Source of the DNA: Perna viridis
Taxonomy: Eukaryota
Assembly: GCA_037379345.1 (NCBI GenBank)
Contig: CM074512.1
Location: 58,859,597-58,923,596 of the forward strand
Reading direction: 5' to 3'
DNA length: 64,000 nt
Under the pieces are notes generated by a model. The model was not told the origin of the DNA and did not search any database. It saw only the letters and a program-made list of their open reading frames with translations. Below are positions 13,101 to 23,695 of the stretch, piece by piece (the stretch's first letter is position 1; every line of letters starts with the position of its first letter). A program made the position numbers and the translations under genes.

Positions 13101-16100
13101 CACATTTATATTGTAGAGAAAAATTAAAGAGGTAAATATAAGCACCATATAGTCTAATCTATTGCTTTGTTTAAGTTTCTAGTTGAAATCAGATTTCTGT
13201 ATTTTAATCTGGATTGATTTTGTTTTTCTTTCCATTGACTTCATATGTAAGCTGTTTTATTAATTTTCATTCACTTCATTGGTACTTATGACTACATGTT
13301 AAAAAAGAGAATGACAAAAACTTATTTTATATTCTTCCTATTATAGAAATCTGGTATCAACAAAGCTGTGACCATCTTCTTTCATCATTCCCTCTATATT
13401 ATGTACACACTCACAACTGTATGCTTATCAAACATATCCTATGTCATGTTTTCAAGCAAAATTATTTACTTGTTATCAGCACCCACAGTTCATAAAATTT
13501 AGTTTAAGCAGCACGCCTGTGAGAATAGTTAGTAAAAAAAGTAACAAATAGTGACGGAGTTAGACAAAGAGTAGGCAATAATATATAACCCTTTCCATTT
13601 TCATATTTTTAAAGTTACCGCAACTATAGACTGAATTAAGCAATCGTCAAAGAAATTATTTTACTTGGTCCCTGCTATCAGACCAAGTATTCTTAGATTC
13701 CACTTTCCCCTCACTCGGGGCATGGTCCCTGCTATCAGACCAAGTGTCCTTAGATTCCACTTTCCCCTCACTCGGGGCATGGTCCCTGCTATCAGACCAA
13801 GTGTCCTTAGATTCCACTTTCCCATCACTCGGGGCATGGTCCCTGCTATCAGACCAAGTGTCCTAAGATTCCACTTTCCCCTCACTCGGGGCATGGTCCC
13901 TGCTATCAGACCAAGTGTCCTTAGATTCCACTTTCCCCTCACTCGGGGCATGGTCCCTGCTATCAGACCAAGTGTCCTTAGATTCCACTTTCCCCTCACT
14001 CGGGGCATGATCCCTGCTATCAGACCAAGTGTCCTTAATTCCACTTTCCCATCACTTGGGGCAAGTGTAATTTTTGTTTTAGAAAGTTATTTATTGTGTT
14101 CCACTTTCTCTTTGGCAAGTAGAAAGGTTGAATTTTTGAAGGGATTTGTTAAGTTTGGAAAGCAAAATTTAAATGTCTGTAAATTAGTCTTCATATGAGT
14201 TTTTTTTTTGGAAACCTAAAATTTTGCAAAATCCTAGAACACTATCAGAGAACTGTGGTCAAAGTAATAATATACTTACAGTGAATTCCTGGGAGATGAG
14301 CAATATGTTTGAATTACTGAAGTATATGTTTTTAAATGGTGCTATGAAAGTAATTATTTTTAGAAGTTCCACATCCTGTGGTTTATCACATCTTTTGGTT
14401 TGTGAAATGTAAAATTTGTGGATTTCAAGAAAGCAGTATGACTTTTCACGAAGAAAAATGTTTTTTTAAAAACAGTTTTAAGACATATGCATGGCAATTT
14501 ATTGTTTGCAGCACTGTTTTTGTTTGCAACCATCATTGCGTCCAATGCTTTTTGCCTATTGCTACTAACTACAAAGAATGTAGAATTTTACATGCAGAAA
14601 TAATTCCCATGTTTAAATTGAAAAGATTGCCCTTTTCAATATATGTAGAACTAGTTAAAATTTGGCTTCCCTTGGTCTAAAGGGAATGTAATTGTTTTCT
14701 GTAAAAAGTGATTAATTCCATCAATCAGTTAAAATGGAAATAAGAAATTAGACTTTTATAAATAATTCTTACAGCAATGATTTTTACTGGTTATATGTTG
14801 TATCAGCATTTTGCCTGTTTTCAAATTTTAAAGTTGAATTTAGAAGTGTTAATCACCACCCCAATGGCAGATCCTTAGCTTTACAAACAGGGATCCTAAC
14901 CCAGGGGCCAAAATTTTTCCTTAAGATTTGTTAAAAAAGAGCATTATAATTACTTAAAATTTATAGTAAAATGCTAAATAACAAGTTTGCTTGATTATTT
15001 GTTAAATTGTTTTGTTTTCTGATCATATTTTTTTATGTTTTATAGTATAGATGTATTTAATTTTATATTTGGGCTTAGGGATCTGCCCATAAAAACGTTG
15101 GCTAATTTGGTTTATCCGGATGTAAGGCAGGCAAAAATTTACATACAAAATCAAATTTCAACAAAAAGCATCAAGCCAATATACAAAATGTTGATGATTG
15201 AGATCACTTAATGAGAACTTAATTTGATTAGGTATTAACATCATTAGATCTTGTAGTGCTAATCTAATATTCTGCTTCAGTAATTTTTTGATGTAGAATA
15301 CTATATATATAATCAACAGGAAGTAGTACTGGTGATGATTAGTGTCAGGCAGAGAAACCAATCAAATTTAAATAAATGTATGTGGAGAAGGTTTGCTTTT
15401 TTCACTGGTTACCCTCAAAGTTCACAAGATTTTTTATATGATCATGAATAATTGTGATCATACAATGGTATCACACTGTTGTCGTCTGTAGGATATCATG
15501 ACAATAACTTGACTCTGCCAAGAACGCATTAAGATTTTATTCATGCGTGGAACAAGTTCCACACACTTGTTAAATGTAGGCATTCTTTGCCACTCATGAT
15601 CATATTTTGGCTATTCACAATAACCAATAGATAATCCTATTAGTACAATATTTCACTGTGAAATAAAACTTTTGATCATCATTTCTGAAAGTATATTATA
15701 TTATTTGGCCTTAAATAGGCCTTAATGACCCTACCACATTTGTTCAATCTGTCACATCTCTGCCTGACAATAATAATAACCTGTACTTAATCCAGTTTGA
15801 ACCATTATATTTATGTATGTAATTGAACTCATAAACCATACACCATGGAATATAATTATATACTATATAAATGCATGACCTCCCAATTACCTCATTATAA
15901 CCCTTGTTGTATGTCCTTCATTCCTGATTGTCTTCATTATGTTTGACTTCAGGTTATGTAAGTATAATACATCTTTTAAAATAAGATATGAATGAATTTT
16001 CTTTAGTAAGTTACATATAGTAAAACAGCCCTTCCTTTGATATAAATTTCCCATGTATATTAAATGTAATTTTATTGGGACATGTACATATGTCACAGGG

Positions 16101-19100
16101 AATTGTAACTAAAATGGAAAATTGTTTGCCTATCTGTACCTTCCTTAAAATATTTGGCTAATATTTAACTTGGCCTGTAAGTAGCAGTCTTTATAAATAT
16201 CAGACAGTAGGTGATTCGTGCATGTCAAAAAACGAAAAACAAAAATACCTTTATTATTTAAGAAACAGTTAAATACGTCATGACCAGTCCTTCTTTGTCT
16301 TTCCACTATTGCATTTTTGAGATAATAATAAACATGAAATTTTCACTTTACAAGAGTTGTCATTCTTGATTTGGGAAGGGGTGAATTTATGGTTTTATTC
16401 TTTCAGTACAGATATGAATGCAGAAAGGATTGTAGTCAAGGAAAAATATGACATATGTTACTTGTAAAAAACTTCATTTGTTCTGTGGGTATTTTGCAGG
16501 ATGAATCACCTCTACCATTGGCAGTGTATGAAATTTATATAGACTGATACTTAGATGGTTACACATGTTTTACTGATAAATATTGAAATAGTGAGAAAAA
16601 ATATTTTGAAACAATAAATTGTCAATTCTATTCATATGTACCAGAATAGGAATCTTAATCCTTTTTGTAGGTCCAAAATTTCCAAGTGGCTTTCTACACA
16701 TTTGCAAGGTCTTGGGAGATGTAGAAAATATTTCAAGTCTCCAACTAGGTCATCAACCAAAAATTGCCGAGACATTCCCAAAATATCCCTACCAGACATC
16801 ATACAGGAACCACAGACACCATGTTCTGCTGGTTCTCCACTGACAGACAGGGAACCAGTTGACTTCTGCAGGGGACCAGATGCTTGTATTAAGGAGCCTG
16901 ATGAGTTCAGTCTTAAGTTGAATCTCACAAGTGACACTTTCTCTGAGGAAATATTCAAGGAATTGAATCAAAGTTCAGGAGAGTATGAGAACACTGGAAA
17001 TTATTGTGAGCTAACAAGTAATCCATACCATTCCAATTCAAACCACTATGAAAATTATGCAGACCATAGACCCACAGTAGATAACCAGAAAGTTGTCATT
17101 TATGTTAATACTTCTGATATTCATAGTGGAAAGGGAAATAACTCTAGCACAGCAAATGGTTATCAACCAACTACTGGTCAACATAGAGTGAAAGCAAGAA
17201 CTTTAGGAAATGAAGATTTGACTATGAAATTAAGGAATTTAGATGTATCTAATGATGATATTGTACTGTTTGATAAAGACTCAGTACAAAGTCTGACAGT
17301 TGACAGTGGCTATGCATCCAGACAAGTTTCAAATGATAATTGTACTTGCTAATATATACTTACATTTAAGTGTATCGAGCAGAAGTGATTCACTGAATTT
17401 TATGCTTTAACAAATTACTATGCTATGCTATGTAAACAATTATAGAGATTGTGAAATGAGATGTTTTATTATATGACCTGCAGTGAAAAAAAATTTTAAA
17501 CTGTGCCAAGAACTGACAAGGTATTATTTTAAAGACTTCATATATTTCTTTGTTTTCCTTGGGTTCCCTGTGATATTAAATTTTTCTGATGGCAATGAAA
17601 TCCTTATAGAACAACAAAGTTTTACCAAGGAAAATTGATAGTTCTTCCAAAACAAGTCTTTCTTTGATTGAAATGATTATGCAATTTTTTTTATAGTTTA
17701 CTTTTTTTTACTTTAGTTTAAACAGACATTTGTAAAGTCGGTTGCATTGTATTCTATTGCTTTGGTATAATTAATTTTATGGAAAATAATTTTTTTTTTT
17801 TATTTCCTGCTTATTTTTATATTACCCCTTTTGAGACCATATTGTGTTTTTTTGTATTTTTTATTACCAAGTTTTTTGTAATTCTGTGTTTTTTAATCAA
17901 GCATAAAATTTGTACATTAAACAAAATTTATGTGTTAAAGACAAATTTTAATGCAGACAATTTTTTTTATTTGTAATTTCACAAAAAAGTCTTGCTAATT
18001 ATCATGTTCAATTATATGTTTATATTCCTTAAAAACTTAATTGAACTTAAAATTTCATCATACACATAGTATGGTTTGCTAATTAGTTTCTTTTTGTGTC
18101 AATGAATAGCTTTAGATGTTATCTTATGTTAGCACTTGTACAGAATGTAGTAGTTTTTGTTGGAGATTAGTAGTTGATAGAATATTTTTATTGTGACAAG
18201 TCTGTGTTAGCTGATTTACTTGTAAAAGGACAACAGATCTATGTTGAGCTACCTACCTCTATGAGTTCAAGATTTTTTTTTCATATATTATTTTATATTC
18301 CTGGTCATATTGACCCATTTATCACATTTAAGGAAACCACTTATGAATCAGATATGAAAACTAGCTTTATCATGTATTGATAGCAAAGGGAAATAACTAA
18401 AAAAATATAATTGAATTTTTTTTTTTTTTTTACTTAAGTGTAAGTGTTTGTAAGAATCAGGCAAAATGGAAAACCAGAAACATGCATGTCAAAAACCCTC
18501 AGACCTGACAACGTAATATCACTGAATGATACTTTATCTATTTGAAAATAACACTATTTAATCTCTGCATCACTGGCTTTGCTCAGAAATTTTTCAATAG
18601 AATGTTAGAAAAATGATATTTTTGACAGAGTTATCTGCCCCTGAAATGTTCATTTTCAGTGCATTTCAATGAAATTGTAACTCAATGATCCAGCATGATA
18701 TGGAAAATCTTGTCTGTTTTCCTTGATTCTGATGGTGCAAATAGTCAAATTATATTATCAAAATGATGGTTTTTTTCATACCATGTTTCACCCACTGCCT
18801 GATTCTTAGAGGGACTGACACTTAATTTTGTTTAAGCAAGGATTGTTAAGCTTCAGGATATGGGTTTCTATGTTTCTGTGGCAACCAAATAAGAAATGTT
18901 AATATTCTAATTTAATTTGCCCAGATATTTCAATTTTTGTACCAGAAACACAAATTGATACCCTCTGAAAAGTTGTGTGTTTGTCTGTCCCGTGATGATT
19001 TTCAGATGACTTGAAAAGATATAGAAGGATCTTTATCAAACTTTGTATAGTTATTAGAATCATAAAATACAAATCAAGTTAAAATTTCAATTTGATCAGA

Positions 19101-22100
19101 TTATTTACACAAAAGGTATTGCCATTTACACTCCAAAAATTTTTTTTGCATTGTAGCAAGGCATCATTTAATGTCCCATTAGATGCCATATGTTTTTATC
19201 TTATGAAAGGTTGTGTTTGGTCATCAGTTAGTGAAATTAAATGGTATTCGGTGAAAGAATTTTTTCTTGGGTATTTTTAGTAATTGTACAACAATATGAA
19301 AAGGTATTAAAAGTGATCTAAAAAAAAATTATAATATACTTTTACAATACAGAATTTTGGGTAAAAATGTATTACTTACCATTTTAGTGCTTTATTATGT
19401 TGTGTTCAGTGTTGTATATTTTCCATTCTTTATTTATGTTGTTATTTTAAGGTTGTAAATGTCATTTTTGTCATTATTTAATTTCTTTAATGGTGCTTAT
19501 ATTTTTTGCAATATTATTTTGTAACTTGTTTTGTTTTCATTAATTATTTTTGCAACATTTTTTATAAATGAGTTACTGTATTAAGCCTTTTGATGAGCTA
19601 CCTTTATTTCTTATATAATATTTTCAACAGCTTTTTTACAAGGAGACCTGTATTTTAAATTGTCAAAGATAAATGTGTTTAGTATAAACATTTGAGTTGA
19701 CAGTAAAAACTTTTTCTTCCATTAGCTCATTTAATTGCTATTATAAATCAAGTGAAGAAATAACAACTTTTTTGTATCCAGAATTTTGATCTAGGAGCAA
19801 TCTGTAGATTTCAGTATTAATGTCTGATGAATTTGGTTGACCAGCTGGAACTGTTTATTGTATTGATATTTTTTATTCTTACCAAAGAGGACATAACACA
19901 ATTGACTGCAAGATCTTGATATTACATTTTCAGCAAAATTACATGTATAAATTTTGAAAATGGGTTATTCCCCTATATCTGAAATCACCTGTGTTATAAA
20001 AAAAACCTGAAGATTAGGCCAAGATTCTCATCCCCTCCTAACCCAATTTTTTCACCCTCCTCGAAAAAAATTATTTTAATTTTTTACCCAGTTTAGGTTA
20101 ATTTCTTTCAAATTAAGCATTTTTAACTAGAATTGATAAAAAAATAAAGAATAAAATTTGCTCGCCTACCCCTAATTCTGAAAAATGTTAGATGAGAATC
20201 TAGGAATTTGTTTATGATGGCCTTATTAAAGTAGTCTACAAGTAATGTGCTATTGGTGTTATCGAGAAGAACCTGTATAATAAAGAAAAATCTCAAAGTA
20301 ACTACGATTGTCTAAACGGAGTGAAACTCACAAGTTAAACAAATGTAGTATAGATACTCTTGTTTGCAAAACTGCCATTCCCACAATGCATTTTTTTTGG
20401 TAATGGTTCATTTACTCAAAGATGTGTTCATAATTGGTGATTCAAAGAAAGATTTTTTTAATGAAAACTTTACTTTAGAAGTTGTGATACAGTAGCTGCC
20501 TTATGTCTGAATTTTTTCATGTTGCACAAATAAATGTTATCACAGTGGAATGTGTTTCAGCTTATTTTCCTTGAATGAATTACACCATTACAATGCTGTG
20601 GATAAGGGCAATAGCATTGATTACATTTATTACAGTGGGACATTGTATACATTGGGACATGGTGTGGCCTTTTCTGGTTTTAGTTCTAGTTGCTAGTAGA
20701 GAACTGTGAAATATGCGTAGTTTACTGACAGTTACATATTTGCTGAAAAGTGATTGGCCTACTTCTAATTTGACACTAAAAATTTGTGAATAATAAACGT
20801 GCTTTTCTTTATGGGTATAATTTGTTAAGGTTAGAGAAGTTTAGAATTTGTATATGGTGGGAATATTTACATTTGGAGAGTTAATGCTCTTTTTGTAATA
20901 TGAAAATCACAACATTTAGCGGGTAGTACAGATTTTTCTTTCAAATGTATGGTACTTATTTGTCTTTCTATACAGTTCTGGTCTGCATTTATCATCAAAG
21001 CTTGTGAACTCCAAAATAAAATCATAGACTGAAGTCTTCAAAGTCGCTAATCGTTAAATATTCCCTGTCACTGATTTTGGCTTCCTTTCAACATCTGAAA
21101 TGTACAAATGTGACATGCTCTAAAATCTAAAATCTAAAACTTCCACTGAAATCTTGGTTCCCTTGATATGATTGCATACTCTTTCATAACCATGATGACC
21201 CGAATGTTTTCAATCATCAGGAACAAGATTGAACAACTGACAGTGGCTATATATAGATACCGGGGTCCTGACAATATATATGACCTTTGTATAGTCAATT
21301 GTAACGAACCCCTTTGTTTGAATTTGAAACTGGGTAATATTACATAAATTCAATGCTAACCGATCATTTTATCTTTTAATGTTAACTTTCTAATACAAGC
21401 ATGCATAGACATGTGTATGATATGTTTTAAATGAGGTACCTCGTAACAATCTTTGGGTCACTTTTGATATTGACCAGGCAACCAGTTTAGGAATCAAATT
21501 AAGCAACTGGCAATGAATGTGACTATATGACCTTTGTAGTCCAGTAACAAGCCCCAGTGCCTGAATCAGAAACTGGGTAATATACAAAGCTAACTGATCA
21601 TTTCTGTAAACTTCCATTCTCGTACAAGCAAGAAACACAGGCAGAACACAAGTGTATGATACTCAAGAGATACATTTTTATCTCATATGAAGTTAGAACT
21701 ATGACTCTCTGGTGGTAAACGCAGTGAGGATCTACAGCATTACTTGATGTATAATTACATATTTATGCAAATCATATGCCAATATTAAGTACTGAAATTA
21801 CGAGTGCATGAAGTAGTTAACAATATTAGTGACTTAGAAATGACAATGTTTAGGTTACAAGTATATACATACATTTTTGTATATGGTTAACATTAATGAA
21901 TTTTCACATTTGGATTATGGGTATTTATTGGTTCAAATCTATTGGTAGTATTTGGTCAGAGGTAATCATGTAAAAAAATCACTATTTGTAAAGAATTACC
22001 AACTCAATCTTGAAATAACTGTTAATTTTCAAAAGTTTGGACATGATTGGTATGTATAGATGTGTTCCCACACTTATACACACACCCCATTTGAGAGAAT

Positions 22101-23695
22101 AAATGGGATAACTTTATTGTCATAATTTTGAAAAGTATTTGAAAAAATATCTGCTTCAACTCTTGATCTTTTAAAACTTTGACTCATTGACCCTTTTGTC
22201 CTTTTGAAACTTTGACTCATTGACCCTTTTGTCCTTTTGAAACTTTGACTCATTGACCCTTTTAAGTCCTACCCCTGCTTACAATACTTAAAGTTGATTA
22301 TCTCACTTGGCAAAAACCTGAAATACAATGAAAATGGATATAGTGAATATTTCAAAGAGACAACAAACTTACCGGGATAAAAAAAAATGTAAAATTACTC
22401 CAGCTCATGTAAAAGTTTCATAAAAATTCATTGAATAGTTAATGATGAAGTTGCACTTACAACTTTTGCAAAACCTTTATGTTTGATTGCCTCCATTTGC
22501 AAGCATCCAACATTAATATTCTTGCTCTATGCACATTTACACTGTCATGATGCCTCATTTCATCAGCATCCATTGAATGGTTAAGGTGCTTCCAAGGTAC
22601 ATGATCTGATGGACAAACAGACCGGCATGCAAAAATTTCTATATACTACTGCACTTGTTTTGCCTAGGTGTAATAAATTTTCTTAAAACCAGGATTTAAG
22701 TTTAAAGTAACTATCAATATCATATAATCAGGTTCTGAGTTATAGATGGATTTTAAATACATTGTAAAATGAAGTTAACACCTCTTTTGAGAGAAGATCA
22801 CGACATATTTTTTGTACTTAAAATATGTTTATGTTCTGAACATTTTAGACCTGAAAGAAGAGCAGACTATGTGTTGAGTGATTACCATCGAGTGAATTAT
22901 CTCCACAACAAACTGGACAAAGGTGAAAAACACAAACGTAGAAAGAAGAAGAGGGCAAGCAATGGGAATGCAGGCAATAACAATATTGAAGATGGCATAC
23001 AAACAAATACAGAATCTAATATCTCAACTGTTGCAGGAACTTATGAAGGTCAAACAAAACCAGCAAGGTCATCAGGCTATGATGAATTATCTAAGTGTTT
23101 CTCAGGACAGTCAAATTCAGCAAGTTGTGTCACAGAATCTGAAACAAATGGACATGTTGTGACAGGTAGAGAATCAGGTGGATTTACATTTAATTCAAAA
23201 GCAGATGTCTATCCAAATCCCGAATCCACCTCATCTGATACTCGAAATTCAAGAATTTACACACCAACTATTTTGGATGGAGAACCTGATGAAAACTCGG
23301 ATGTCTTTTTCCTATCACATAAAGGCTCTGTTAAGGAAAGTCCATATGCAGTATCAAAAATACTTCCTAATGTGCCTGTAGATCAGACTGATGACATTGA
23401 TCTGCCCCCACCAGCTCCCCATGGCATGTATTTAAATCATCAGTTTGAAAAACTTGGAGGATTTCAGAACCATTCATTCATCAGTGACAATGAGCATAAG
23501 AGTAAACCCTTGCCTCCAAATCCTTTTCCTAATTTGAAATCCCACATATCCTTCCTTGGAGCTAATCTGTTTGATAATGCTGATACTATTATTGAAGGAG
23601 GATTGTATAAGAAAAATAAACAAAAACCTGTCCCTAAGAAGAGACAAAAAATTAAAGTGGAGGATGAAGATAGTGATGACACTATAGAAATTTAG
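1124..23695 (+). CDS. Single-pass type I membrane receptor-like gene, 3' part (5' exons upstream of window). Exons 1124-1174, 8265-8405, 9771-9882, then terminal exon 16671-17352 or 22849-23695
   Basis: All junctions are GT-AG and phase-compatible (1/1, 1/1, 1/2, 2). Spliced peptide: (D)PCLFPSTISTSAATSPELLSTTSEKIKLVTSTFTSLITGVSLDFTTSTDNSILNVTKSTQFLLNAGFPAWLIGVIAVVVIAIIIIIVVVITCIVRSTKGER + tail. Family not identifiable without the ectodomain. Confidence 0.65.
2036..3999 (-). mobile_element. 5'-truncated non-LTR retrotransposon (L1/Tx1-type)
   Basis: Perfect 16-bp TSD ctttttattagaagtt at 2020-2035 and 4000-4015; A-rich tail (poly-T on +, 2036-2060); RT C-terminal half plus CCHC knuckle. Confidence 0.92.
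2304..3998 (-). CDS. LINE ORF2 C-terminal fragment (RT motif QFADDT, zf-RVT CTFC-x8-HLFWNC); no native start
   Basis: ORF 2304-3896 stays open up to the truncation point: INGLHITQIEHKLSQFADDTSLILDG; also SGLNINFSKT, GGLKMINL, CTFCNVEPETIEHLFWNC. Confidence 0.88.
   Translation of the reverse strand: MNGLHITQIEHKLSQFADDTSLILDGTEKSLQESLLELDWFAGISGLNINFSKTQVIWIGSKRYCEDILCKNKNLTWGETSFKLLGLNFDVDLDRMIKLNYDERLVQIKNLINQWSKRNLTVIGKITVVKTLILPVLNHLIISLPNPSSDIIKKINDMIFTFIWNSPISRVKKDVLQKEYQDGGLKMINLFSFITALKTTWIRRAFQNNSKWLSIFMSSLDSEKLFNCGDGYVQNVQKNLKNKFWKDVLNSWAMVLEKEKHVDWEFFLANPVWYNKLIKIGGETVFYKDWFVNGVHYINDLINDDGSYLSLEQLQHKYGININFMKYNSIMSAVKHAAKAFYVGNCKLQRPFIPSFLQTILRSKKGSRDMYKVLNQNDSTPKGQLKWTEVLDNDSLNWKKIFVLPFTVTNNTKLQWLQYRINHRIIATNKFLFKINVINDSACTFCNVEPETIEHLFWNCEFVQNVISEIDNWFLIHGISIPLTKLNFIFGNTSYTSKGEPYNIIILNIKQYIYNTRCFKQMLSLTALKEKLKYMYKIEKMLSVKNKRVELFNKKWQQFQNVLT
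4292..4630 (+). mobile_element. Helentron-associated (HINE/DINE-like) non-autonomous repeat fragment
   Basis: T-run, then hairpin agctca-tctggccataggcca-tgtgagct; body 4370-4570 is homologous to 6290-6470; classification is from recalled bivalve repeats. Confidence 0.55.
4649..6250 (-). mobile_element. Penelope-like retroelement fragment (Naiad-type, RT at C-terminus), 5'-truncated, with 3' tail
   Basis: RT motifs NNIVFVCK, YWIPKLHK, TYDFSTLYT, GIPMGTNCAPLLADLFL, FRYIDD, KRDDFSFRIVNFP; no GIY-YIG after the RT; tail shared with solo copies. Confidence 0.8.
4864..6250 (-). CDS. Penelope-like reverse transcriptase (N-terminally truncated)
   Basis: Uninterrupted ~460-aa RT part of ORF 4864-6411; the first ~53 aa of that ORF come from the neighbouring repeat. 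Confidence 0.82.
6251..6480 (+). repeat. Second partial copy of the HINE-like repeat, abutting the truncated RT
   Basis: tcttctcctctgacactactcgaccaa...ggggatttttgatc...aaaaacatggct matches 4380-4500. Confidence 0.6.
7125..7215 (-). repeat. Solo copy of the structured Penelope-like 3' motif
   Basis: aggtgctcaggaagggagggcagttcctgc aligns with 4830-4859; a partial, oppositely oriented copy lies at 4256-4296. Confidence 0.65.
8265..8405 (+). CDS. Receptor exon, mucin-like Ser/Thr-rich stalk with N-glycosylation sequon NVT
   Basis: ttttcttccag|AACTC...CTTCTTA|gtaagg; 141 nt, phase 1-1, open frame. Confidence 0.65.
9771..9882 (+). CDS. Receptor transmembrane exon
   Basis: ttcattacag|ATGCTGGC...GGAGAAAG|gtgggt; encodes WLIGVIAVVVIAIIIIIVVVITCIV followed by basic RSTK. 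Confidence 0.8.
10515..10800. repeat. Dispersed repeat beginning tgaatatgtcaaagagacaacaac
   Basis: The same motif recurs at ~22343-22368 and ~48400-48425. Confidence 0.55.
13666..14062. repeat. Minisatellite, 57-bp unit x ~7, highly homogeneous
   Basis: Unit ggtccctgctatcagaccaagtgtccttagattccactttcccctcactcggggcat; it explains ORFs 13661-14044 and 13665-14198. Confidence 0.97.
14864..15090. mobile_element. Degenerate MITE-like element
   Basis: Inverted ends ggcagatcc ... ggatctgcc; related remnant at ~25650-25802. Confidence 0.4.
16671..17352 (+). CDS. Receptor terminal exon A (226-aa cytoplasmic tail)
   Basis: ctttttgtag|G TCC AAA; AG|G=Arg joins the TM exon in frame; inside ORF 16636-17352; YENT, YENY, YVNT and DSGYAS motifs. 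Confidence 0.7.
18440..18825. mobile_element. Non-autonomous element with subterminal inverted repeats (taagaatcaggca/tgcctgattctta), copy 1
   Basis: Both ends match, in reverse orientation, the ends of 40078-40348. Confidence 0.6.
20014..20225. mobile_element. MITE-like remnant
   Basis: taggcc...ggcctta ends plus internal inverted pair agattctcatc / gatgagaatct. Confidence 0.45.
22174..22263. repeat. Tandem repeat, 33-bp unit x ~2.7
   Basis: aactttgactcattgacccttttgtccttttga. Confidence 0.9.
22849..23695 (+). CDS. Receptor terminal exon B (281-aa alternative cytoplasmic tail)
   Basis: cattttag|A CCT GAA; AG|A=Arg joins the TM exon in frame; inside ORF 22769-23695; polybasic patch, SGYDEL, KPLPPNP, C-terminal IEI. 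Confidence 0.65.

Noticed and set aside
13666-14062. CRISPR array, tandem hammerhead ribozyme (minus strand has CTGATAG...GAAA), or repeat-protein ORFs
   Set aside because: There are no unique spacers. CUGAUAG does not fit the CUGAnGA core and is not adjacent to stem II. The ORFs simply follow from a 57-bp stop-free unit.
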